A stretch of DNA of 64,000 nt from Acutalibacteraceae bacterium. GTDB taxonomy: Bacteria; Bacillota; Clostridia; Oscillospirales; Acutalibacteraceae. A program made the translations under genes and the position numbers. Shown here one piece after another: positions 33,505-41,562 of the stretch. The notes under the pieces are model-generated. The model searched no databases and was not told the DNA's origin. It saw only the letters and a program-made list of their open reading frames with translations. Positions within the stretch are counted from its first letter, which is position 1, and each line of letters opens with the position of its first letter. Location: positions 2,514 through 66,513 of the forward strand of contig JBJEQB010000006.1 in NCBI GenBank assembly GCA_051881535.1, read 5' to 3'.

Positions 33505-34638
33505 ATGTTTCAGATATTAACTCTCAACAAGATTTCAAAGGTCGGGCTTGATAAGCTTGACGGCGCAAAGTATAACTGCGCGGACAGCGTTGAAAATCCC
33601 GATGCCGTGCTTGTCCGCTCCGCTTCAATGCACGATATGGAGCTTTCCGAAAACACCGTTGCCATTGCAAGAGCAGGCGCGGGTGTTAACAACATTCCCA
33701 TTCCCGCTTGCAGCGATAAGGGCGTTGCGGTTTTCAATACTCCCGGCGCAAACGCCAATGCGGTTAAGGAGCTTGTTATCTGCGCTCTGTTTATGTCGTC
33801 AAGAAAAATCGGCGCCGCTCTCGATTGGTGCAAAACCTTAAAGGGCGAGGGTGAGAATGTCGGCAAGCTGGTTGAAAAGGGCAAGAGCAGCTTTGCAGGA
33901 CCCGAAATTCTCGGCAAAACTCTCGGCGTTATCGGTCTCGGAGCAATCGGCGCGCTTGTTGCGGGCGCGGCTCAGGCGCTCGGAATGAATATAGTCGGCT
34001 ATGACCCGTTTGCTTCAAAGGATAAATTCAATTTCAAAGTTGCGGATACTCTTGACGAAGTATACGCCGAAAGCGATTATATCACTCTGCACCTGCCTCT
34101 CAACGATGCAACAAGAGGAATGATTGGTGCCGAAAGCCTTGCAAAGATGAAGGACGGCGTCAGAATTCTCAACTTTGCGCGCGGCGAGCTTGTTGATACC
34201 GCGGCAATTCTTGCGGCTCTTGAAAGCGGCAAGGCGGCGGCTTATGTAACCGATTTCCCTGCTGATGAAATGCTCGGCGCACAGGGCGTTACCGCTATTC
34301 CGCATCTCGGAGCTTCAACTCCCGAGAGCGAGGAAAACTGCGCGGCTATGGCGGCTCAGGAGCTTGCGGATTATCTCGAAAAGGGCGCAATCAAAAACTC
34401 CGTAAACCTGCCCAATACCCTTCTTGCCGAAAGCTTTGAGTGCCGCACCTGCTTTATTCACAAAGAAAACGCCGATGACTTCGCAGTCAAGGCTGAAGCG
34501 GCGGCAAAGGCGGCGGGCGCAAGCGTTGCGGCGATTTTTACCGCAAACAAAAAGGATATGGGCTACACCGTTATTGACACCGATAAACCCTTTGACGCAA
34601 GCGGCGTTGAGGGCGCAATCAGAGTCAGGACTATATAA
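33505..34638 (+). CDS. serA: D-3-phosphoglycerate dehydrogenase
   Basis: RAGAGVNN, GLGAIG, NFARG, PHLGASTPE; adjacent to serC. Confidence 0.92.
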   Translation: MFQILTLNKISKVGLDKLDGAKYNCADSVENPDAVLVRSASMHDMELSENTVAIARAGAGVNNIPIPACSDKGVAVFNTPGANANAVKELVICALFMSSRKIGAALDWCKTLKGEGENVGKLVEKGKSSFAGPEILGKTLGVIGLGAIGALVAGAAQALGMNIVGYDPFASKDKFNFKVADTLDEVYAESDYITLHLPLNDATRGMIGAESLAKMKDGVRILNFARGELVDTAAILAALESGKAAAYVTDFPADEMLGAQGVTAIPHLGASTPESEENCAAMAAQELADYLEKGAIKNSVNLPNTLLAESFECRTCFIHKENADDFAVKAEAAAKAAGASVAAIFTANKKDMGYTVIDTDKPFDASGVEGAIRVRTI

Positions 34639-34646
34639 AATGAAAT

Positions 34647-34692
34647 AAAAAACACAGGCACGGTTCGTTTGAGAAACCGTGCCTGTATTTTT
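34647..34692. terminator. Bidirectional terminator serA/ogg
   Basis: ACAGGCACGGTT / AACCGTGCCTGT 12-bp stem with A and T tracts. Confidence 0.85.
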
Positions 34693-34714
34693 AACGGAAA
34701 AACCGCCGTGCTGA

Positions 34715-35542
34715 TTATTGAGTTCTTCTCCAATGGAATAAATATTGCTGGGCTATGCCGCGCGCACCGTTTATACATTCGGGCAGTCCGTCGGGATAAA
34801 GCTCCTGCATAATGCGCTTGACCCACACATCAACAGGGAAAGCGTCAATCTTGCCGAAGCCGTAAAGCAGGGTGCATTGAGCAACCTTTTCGCCCACGCC
34901 CTTAATTTTTATCAGCTCGTCTCTGCCCTCGTCGATAGAGGCGGCTTTTATTTTTTCAAAATCTATTTCCCCGTCCGAAACCTTTCTGGCGGCGTCAATT
35001 ATATATTTTGCTCTGAAGCCCGCCCTTATCGGTGCAAGCCCGTCAATTCCCGCCGCGGCAACCGCTTCGGGAGTCGGAAAAGCGTAGTCATCGCCGCCGA
35101 GATGCTCTCCGAGCAGGCGGCAAAGGCGGTCGATAATGCCTTTTATACGGGGGATATTGTTATTCTGCGAGATGATGAAAGAGCAGAGGGCTTCCCACGG
35201 CTCCTGCCGCAAAAGCCTTATGCCGTAGCACTCCGCAACGGCTTTTTCAAGGTGCTTATCCTGCGAAAAGCGGCGGCAGAGCAAATCATAATCCCGGTCA
35301 AGGTCAAAATACGGCTTCCAGATGTTTTCAAAATCCGCCGAATTTGTTCCAATGAATTTTATTTCTCCGCCGTCATATTTAAGAGTCAGGGGCTTTGCAA
35401 AGGCAACGCCGTGCCACTCGTTTTCGCCCGTCTGAACCCAGCGAAACGCCTGACCGCAGTCAAGAGTTCTTTCCAAATCAAAACAGGAGCTTTTAACGGC
35501 GACGCAGTTTTCTTCTGATTTGCAAATATAATTCAATGCCAT
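34715..35542 (-). CDS. 8-oxoguanine DNA glycosylase (OGG1-like, HhH-GPD)
   Basis: TLDCGQAFRW, SFIISQNNNIPRI, IKGVGEKVA, FPVDVW, AQQYLF. Confidence 0.92.
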   Translation of the reverse strand: MALNYICKSEENCVAVKSSCFDLERTLDCGQAFRWVQTGENEWHGVAFAKPLTLKYDGGEIKFIGTNSADFENIWKPYFDLDRDYDLLCRRFSQDKHLEKAVAECYGIRLLRQEPWEALCSFIISQNNNIPRIKGIIDRLCRLLGEHLGGDDYAFPTPEAVAAAGIDGLAPIRAGFRAKYIIDAARKVSDGEIDFEKIKAASIDEGRDELIKIKGVGEKVAQCTLLYGFGKIDAFPVDVWVKRIMQELYPDGLPECINGARGIAQQYLFHWRRTQ

Positions 35543-35669
35543 TTTTTATTCTCCAAATTGTAATATTATGCTGTTTCGGCAAAAAATATTGCCATAAATT
35601 CTTCGACAAAAACCAACAAATTGTAAAGAATGTACAACCCAATGTATATGCCAAAAAGGAATAATATAG

Positions 35670-35745
35670 TTTTCCACGCGGAAAACTCCTTAAAAACCAG
35701 GCTTTTTTAACCGAGTTATGCACTTTTTCCACACAGTTATCCACA
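35670..35745. promoter_or_regulatory. DnaA-box cluster
   Basis: TTATCCACA (35737-35745), TTTTCCACA (35725-35733), TTATGCACT (35716-35724), TTTTCCACG (35670-35678), all in the same orientation. Confidence 0.7.
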
Positions 35746-35947
35746 TTCTTGGTTGAAAAGTCGGATATACATTGTGTATATTTTTCTTTTCAATTCAATC
35801 ATAAATAAGCAGGAATAAACACTGCCTGCGCTGTCAAAAATACCTTTAAGAAGAGCGCGGAGAAAATCCGATGCGCCGCATTTTGAGCCGCCGCAGATTG
35901 AATTATCGGCTGTTCAAACGAAAAATGTGCGAAAGGGGAGCGCTGAT

Positions 35948-36220
35948 TTGATAAAGGGAGTAAACAGGCAGGTTGTGGAAATAACGCAGACTCAATGCGA
36001 ATATTTTGAAAGGGTTTTATTCTTCATTAAACCCGAATATTCCGCCGTCAGCGAGGGTGACCTGAAAGAGAGGGCAACGATAATTGCCCAGAGCGCGGGC
36101 ATGCCGCCCGCAACAAGGCTGAGAAAAAACAGGGTGCGCCTTGCGCTGAGCATCAGCGCCGCCGCGTGTGCGGGAGCGGCGGTCAGCGGAAGCATATTTT
36201 TGCTCACTTCATTCCTTTGA
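35948..36220 (+). CDS. Small hypothetical protein with C-terminal TM helix
   Basis: TTG start after GAAAGGGGAG gives MIKGVNRQVVEI...YFERVLFFIKPE; resembles, from memory, a conserved clostridial hypothetical family. Confidence 0.7.
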   Translation: MIKGVNRQVVEITQTQCEYFERVLFFIKPEYSAVSEGDLKERATIIAQSAGMPPATRLRKNRVRLALSISAAACAGAAVSGSIFLLTSFL

Positions 36221-36856
36221 TTGTGAGCTTTCATAATGCGAGCAAAAGGCTTTCATAACGCATTGCTCGCATTTCGGTCTGCCGGAAATGCAGGTGTCTC
36301 TGCCGTGGAGCACGCAGCGGTGGCAGAAATCGTTGCTTTCGGCGGGGTCAAGCAGCTCCCGAAGCTGCATTTCAACCTTTAACGGGTCTTTGGTTGCCAC
36401 AAGACCGAGAAGATTGGAAATCCTTATAAGATGTGTGTCGGCAACAACTGCGGGCTTGCCGTAAACATCGCCGACAATCAGGTTTGCGGTTTTTCTGCCC
36501 ACACCCGGCAGGCTTGTCAGGTCATCAATATTGTCGGGCACCTTGCCGCCGAAATCGCTTATCATCTTGCGGCTCATTCCGATTATATCCTTTGCCTTGG
36601 CTCTGAAAAAGCCGCAGGAATGAATAATCTGCTCCACATCCTCAAGCTCTGCTTCGGCAAAATCCTCAACGGTTTTATAGCGTTCAAAAAGAACGGGTGT
36701 TACCATATTTACCCTTGCGTCCGTGCATTGTGCCGAAAGGCGCGTTGCAATCAGGAGCTGCAGGGGATTTTCTGCGTTAAGCGAGCAGATACCCTCGGGG
36801 TATTTTTGATTGAGCGCGGCAACGGCGAGAGCCGCTTTTTCTTTTTTATCCAACAT
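36209..36856 (-). CDS. nth: Endonuclease III
   Basis: LSAQCTDARVN, LPGVGRKTAN, VADTH, Cys-rich Fe-S motif C.SGRPKCEQC.MKAFC. Confidence 0.96.
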   Translation of the reverse strand: MLDKKEKAALAVAALNQKYPEGICSLNAENPLQLLIATRLSAQCTDARVNMVTPVLFERYKTVEDFAEAELEDVEQIIHSCGFFRAKAKDIIGMSRKMISDFGGKVPDNIDDLTSLPGVGRKTANLIVGDVYGKPAVVADTHLIRISNLLGLVATKDPLKVEMQLRELLDPAESNDFCHRCVLHGRDTCISGRPKCEQCVMKAFCSHYESSQSKE

Positions 36857-37025
36857 TACCACTCCGCATATGTTATGAAACATATTATATTACATTTCCG
36901 CCGACATTTGAAGATATATTTTTAAATTTACTATGAATTTTTGAGTTTTAACTGACTTAACAGTTGATTTTACGGTAAATTTGTGTTAGCATATTTATAC
37001 CTGAATAAAATTAGGGGGATTATAT

Positions 37026-39014
37026 ATGAAAAACAAATTCACCGCAAGGTTATGCATTTTTATGTGCCTTGTTCTGATTGTTTCAATGTTTGCCGCGTGC
37101 AACATCAAAGACAAAAGCGGTGACGGCTCGTTGACTACCCTCGCACCCGACGATTCGTGGCGCCCCGGAAACGACGGTACATATGAGCCTGTTATCCTGA
37201 GCAAGGTTGAGCTTGCCGAGCTGGTTTCGGAAGCTCTCGGAGAGGACGCTAAGGACTTTAACGGCGATTTGAACTCTCTCACTCCCGAGCAGATTCAAAA
37301 GGTTGAGGATCTCGCTCAGGACAAGGGTCTGATAATCGACAAGGATAACAGCGGCAACACGGTTATCAAAAAAGAAGAGGTTCCCACAACCAAGCTTTCT
37401 CAGCAGGAAGTTAATGAAATTCTCACTCAGGCTTCCGTTAAGGATCCGAGCAACATTTCCAAAGAGGAGCTTGATGAAATTTCAAAGATTGCCGATGATA
37501 ACGGTATGAGTGTTGTCACAAAGCCCAACGGCGGCGGAATTGACATTGTTAAGCCCGTTCCGACCACCACTCAAAAGGCAACTTCGGCAACCACCAAAAA
37601 CAATAATGCCACTACTCAGGCTCCCGTTGTAAAAACAACAACCAAGCCCGGCAAAACAACAACCGCTAAATATGTTCCGCCCACACACGGCACGGTTGCT
37701 CCCATAGGCACTACTGCGGCTCCCGTTCCCATAGCGGGCTCAGATTGGGTTGCTACCTACGGCGGTTCAAGCAACGATATTTATATCGATAACGCTATTA
37801 CTTCTGACGGCGGCGTTGTTTCCGTCGGCGCAACTTTCTCGCAGGAGTTTAAAGGCAACAACAAAGGCAGCATCGCTGCGATAATTACCAAGCATAACGC
37901 TAAGGGTAAGCTTGTATGGAAGAACGCTTTCAGCGGCGATAATAATGTGGCTTTTGAAAATGTTACCGTTCTTAATGACGGCAGCATAATCGTAGCCGGC
38001 TACACAAGTGCGACAAACTTTGTCAGCGATGCGGAGTATAAGTGCAAGGATACTATTGAGGGCATTATCATTAAGTTCAACGCCAAGGGCGAAAAGCTCT
38101 GGACAAAGGTAATCGGCGGCAGCGGAGACGATTTTGTTTATTCTGTTGCTCCCACTCCCGACGGCGGATTTGTTATCGGCGGCAAATCGACCTCGGTTGA
38201 CGGCGATATGAAAGACCTCGGCACTCAGAAGATCAAGGCATATATTTTCAAGTGTGACGAAAACGGAAACATCAAGTGGAGAAACGCTCTCTCAGGCTCA
38301 AAGCACAGCAGCGTTGAGAGTATGGCAGTAACCTCATCAGGCGAAGTTTACGCGGCGGTTGCCTGCATTTCGGGCGACGGCGAGTTTGCCGCCATTGAGG
38401 GAACAAAGAATGCAAGAAGATGCACCGTTGCTCTTAAACTTAACGCATCGGGCAAAATCCTTTGGAGCAAAGCTTTCTATGAAACCGGCGTTACCGACCT
38501 TTACAGCGTTGCTTTGGCAGATGATGGCGGCGCAGTATTTGCAGGTCACTATTCGTCCTCTGCAGAGGGTAATAAATATACATTCAAGAATATTTATAAC
38601 GGGGGCACGCCCGGCACATATGACGGCGTAATGATTAAGGTTGACGCGGCGGGCAACCAAGGCTGGATGCTTCCGCTTATCGGCTTTGAGAGCGACTTCA
38701 TTATGGGTATAACCAAGGTCAGCGGCGGATACGCCGTTACGGGCTATACGGCTTCGACCAACCGCGATTTCTCAATTTCAAGCAAAGGCAACTATGACGG
38801 ATTTATTTACACGGTAACTAATTCCGGCAAGGCTCAGAATATCTATTCATTCGGCGGCAGCGGAGCAGATAACACAAGAGCAATCTGTTCCGACGGCAAA
38901 TCGATTTATGTTGCGGGCACAACGAATTCCGGCGATGTTTATTTTGAAAACTGCAACCCCAAGGGGACTGAAAACGCCTGCGTAGGTTTTGTTTGCCGCT
39001 TTGAATTCAAATAA
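37026..39014 (+). CDS. Surface lipoprotein with Thr/Pro linker and C-terminal beta-propeller
   Basis: Lipobox FAAC; T/P-rich stalk; repeated W...GGS.D...DGG.V..G blades. Confidence 0.8.
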   Translation: MKNKFTARLCIFMCLVLIVSMFAACNIKDKSGDGSLTTLAPDDSWRPGNDGTYEPVILSKVELAELVSEALGEDAKDFNGDLNSLTPEQIQKVEDLAQDKGLIIDKDNSGNTVIKKEEVPTTKLSQQEVNEILTQASVKDPSNISKEELDEISKIADDNGMSVVTKPNGGGIDIVKPVPTTTQKATSATTKNNNATTQAPVVKTTTKPGKTTTAKYVPPTHGTVAPIGTTAAPVPIAGSDWVATYGGSSNDIYIDNAITSDGGVVSVGATFSQEFKGNNKGSIAAIITKHNAKGKLVWKNAFSGDNNVAFENVTVLNDGSIIVAGYTSATNFVSDAEYKCKDTIEGIIIKFNAKGEKLWTKVIGGSGDDFVYSVAPTPDGGFVIGGKSTSVDGDMKDLGTQKIKAYIFKCDENGNIKWRNALSGSKHSSVESMAVTSSGEVYAAVACISGDGEFAAIEGTKNARRCTVALKLNASGKILWSKAFYETGVTDLYSVALADDGGAVFAGHYSSSAEGNKYTFKNIYNGGTPGTYDGVMIKVDAAGNQGWMLPLIGFESDFIMGITKVSGGYAVTGYTASTNRDFSISSKGNYDGFIYTVTNSGKAQNIYSFGGSGADNTRAICSDGKSIYVAGTTNSGDVYFENCNPKGTENACVGFVCRFEFK

Positions 39015-39030
39015 TCGGCAATAATATCAT

Positions 39031-39082
39031 AAAAATCAACGCCTGTATTTCAAGCTGACGGCTGAAATACAGGCGTTATTTT
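39031..39082 (+). terminator. Terminator after the lipoprotein gene
   Basis: AACGCCTGTATTTCA / TGAAATACAGGCGTT 15-bp inverted repeat plus ATTTT. Confidence 0.75.
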
Positions 39083-39122
39083 ACGGCTTTGCAGGGAAGA
39101 ATGTCCACATCGTAACGCAAAA

Positions 39123-39622
39123 TAATTCGGAATGCGTAATGCGTAATGCGGAATTAATGACGGGCTTCGCCCGTACCCCAATATATTTGTTTTTCGGCAC
39201 AAATCGTAGGGGACGATGCCCACATCGTCCCAATCAGGTGCAACCCTGCGTGGTTGCACGAAAAACGGTAATCAATAACATCCGCAGAGTAGGGCGGCTT
39301 GCCCACAAGCCGCCGTGAAAATGATTGTTTTTTATTTCCAATCCTCCGTCTTTTGCTTCACAAAATCCACCTCCTTTGCCAAAGGAGGCTAATGTAACAG
39401 CAAGCTTATGGCTATGGGCTAATTAGGCAACTCCCTCCGTCAGGGAAGGAGGCGAATCGCTTTCCGCAGGGTTGAGGATTGATTTTGCCGTAAAATTGAA
39501 ATGCTTTAACGGCGGCTTGTGGTCAAGCCGCCCTACATTTGTTTCACCGCGAAAATAATTCCGAATTACGCATTACGAATTCCGAATTGTTTAGCGGGTT
39601 GTCGAGGACGCCGACCCCTACG
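39123..39622. repeat. Mosaic of GTAG-type REP palindromes and heptamer repeats
   Basis: CGTAGGGGACGATGCCCACATCGTCCC (39205), GTAGGGCGGCTTGCCCACAAGCCGCCG (39289), inverted partners at 39510 and 39596; heptamer arrays at 39123 and 39556. Confidence 0.8.
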
Positions 39623-39656
39623 AATTACACATTCATTACTTTTCCTCTATTGATGA

Positions 39657-39690
39657 CAAAAGCCCCTCGGCTGAAACCGAGGGGCTTATT
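39657..39690 (-). terminator. Terminator of the hydrolase pair
   Basis: AAGCCCCTCGG / CCGAGGGGCTT stem with a minus-strand U tract. Confidence 0.75.
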
Positions 39691-39699
39691 GATAATAAC

Positions 39700-41541
39700 T
39701 TAAAACAAATCGTTTATGGGTGCTAAAATTTTGTTGTTGAGGAACTGATTAATTGTTTTAAAGAAGAGGTTTACCGATGTGGGCAGCATCTCGGAATAGC
39801 CCTGAGTGCCGTAATTCTTATAAAGCCAAAGGCTGAGCTTTTCAAAGAAATCGGATTCCTCTTTTTCCTCAGCGGGTGAGGCAAGCCCTGCGGTTACGAG
39901 GCAGGCTTTGAGCCTTGCTTCAATTCGCTGTGCTTCGCCCTCAACGCCGACCGTTCTGTTGAGCATTTCTTCGGCTTCGGCAATGGCTGCCGCAAGCTCT
40001 GCGGCGTCCTGCTCGCTCAAGGTTGAGGGGTCGATGCTCTTTGCCTTGGGAAGCAGGTCTTTTCTTATCTTCTTGGTTTCTCTGCCCACATTGAACTGCG
40101 GGAAGTCGGGAGTTGAATAAACATCAACAATTTCGTCCGTTGCAAGAATTGCGGTTGCAAGCTTCATTATAATATCGTTTCTGCCCGTTCCCTCGTGACC
40201 CTGATTGTCAAAGTAGAATGTTGTGTCGGGGAGCAGACCTGCCGATGCGTCAACAACTCTGTCGGGAGAAATGTGATTGTGACCCTCAGCCGTGCAATGG
40301 GTGTTTTTCTGAACATAGCCTGCGGGAAGCGTTTCGCCGCAGTTTGCGCTGTAAGCGCCCATTGAGGTTGAATCAAGCTGAATAACGCCGTCTGCGTTTT
40401 CAATATTCCATGAAGTGCCGACATTATAAAGCTGGAAATCGTAATCAACTATGTTGTAAACCTTAACGCCGTTTTCAACGAGTCTGAGAATGTTTGCGTC
40501 GGAATTGCTCTGAGCGCGGTAATAAATATCTGTCTGGCGTCTGATTTCCGCCTTTTCGGGGGAAGAAAGATATCTCTGTGCAAGCGCGGGATAATCTGCG
40601 TTGGGAACAAGAGCCCAGAGATTGGTGCTCGTTGTCAGAATGGATATCAGGCTTTCGCAGGCGGAATGGAGGCATTTCATAAGAACCTCATCGGGGAAAA
40701 TCCTGAGAACCGACTCAATCATTCTTGCCTCGTTTTCATCCATAAGCTTCTCAAGGAAGCCGTTGTAGAGATAGTCGGGATTATAGAAAGTAAGTCTTTC
40801 CGCAAAAACATCGCCGACTATTGTTGAGCCGTTGAGGGCGGGAACGATATAAAGAACCTTGTTGAGCTGCTCGTGAATGTCGGGATAGTATTCAAGCAGA
40901 CCGTTGGCTACCGTGCCGCCGAGGCTGATGGGAACGATGTTTACCTTATCGTGACCCGTCTCTTTTCTGACCTGCTGAATGAAATCATAAAGCTCTTTAA
41001 CTATATCAAGATGATTGCCGAATGAGTTGTAGGCGAAGTAATAGAGGTGATCCTCGCCGACGGAGGAACTGTAATCCTGAATGGGAACGGAGTCATAAAT
41101 CTCGCCCTTTTCATAATCACTGCATTCCGCAAGGGAATAAGGATATTTCTCAACCTCAAGGTTTGCAATGGGTTTGCCGTTATTATCGCTTTCATTAATG
41201 TTGAAGCAAATATCAATGGCGTCCGCAAGAGCTTTTGAAAGCCCGATGTCATGCTGCGTAAACAGAGTCAGAAGCAGGGGAGCAAGCAGCTTTTTAACAA
41301 GCTCGCCTGTCTGAACATAAGCGGGGAAGCAGTTAACTCTGTTGCCGTTATCGTCAAGCACATAATTGCCTTCGCCGTCAAGCAGCCATACATTTGACTG
41401 ACCGATGCCGGGGATAATTATTGTGGGGCAGTTGTCGCAGTTTCCGCCGCAGTCGGTTTTGGTTTCGGCAGCCGAAACGCCGACAGCCGCTGCGGAAAAA
41501 ACAAGGGCAAAAGCGAGAACAAACGAAATAAACTTTTTCAT
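39700..41541 (-). CDS. Secreted alpha/beta-hydrolase (LCAT/lipase-like), paralog 2
   Basis: Signal peptide; PTIIIPGI, KVNIVPISLGG, ADGVI, QGHEG. Confidence 0.7.
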   Translation of the reverse strand: MKKFISFVLAFALVFSAAAVGVSAAETKTDCGGNCDNCPTIIIPGIGQSNVWLLDGEGNYVLDDNGNRVNCFPAYVQTGELVKKLLAPLLLTLFTQHDIGLSKALADAIDICFNINESDNNGKPIANLEVEKYPYSLAECSDYEKGEIYDSVPIQDYSSSVGEDHLYYFAYNSFGNHLDIVKELYDFIQQVRKETGHDKVNIVPISLGGTVANGLLEYYPDIHEQLNKVLYIVPALNGSTIVGDVFAERLTFYNPDYLYNGFLEKLMDENEARMIESVLRIFPDEVLMKCLHSACESLISILTTSTNLWALVPNADYPALAQRYLSSPEKAEIRRQTDIYYRAQSNSDANILRLVENGVKVYNIVDYDFQLYNVGTSWNIENADGVIQLDSTSMGAYSANCGETLPAGYVQKNTHCTAEGHNHISPDRVVDASAGLLPDTTFYFDNQGHEGTGRNDIIMKLATAILATDEIVDVYSTPDFPQFNVGRETKKIRKDLLPKAKSIDPSTLSEQDAAELAAAIAEAEEMLNRTVGVEGEAQRIEARLKACLVTAGLASPAEEKEESDFFEKLSLWLYKNYGTQGYSEMLPTSVNLFFKTINQFLNNKILAPINDLF

Positions 41542-41562
41542 TTCAGAATATTTTCTCCTTTG

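Noticed and set aside
35543-35947. oriC
   Set aside because: No dnaA/dnaN adjacent, no obvious DnaA-trio run, and the highly expressed genes stay mostly on the + strand on both sides; kept as a DnaA-box cluster.
39123-39622. CRISPR array or integron attC cassettes
   Set aside because: The repeats are inverted and of mixed classes, with no regular spacers and no cas or integrase gene.
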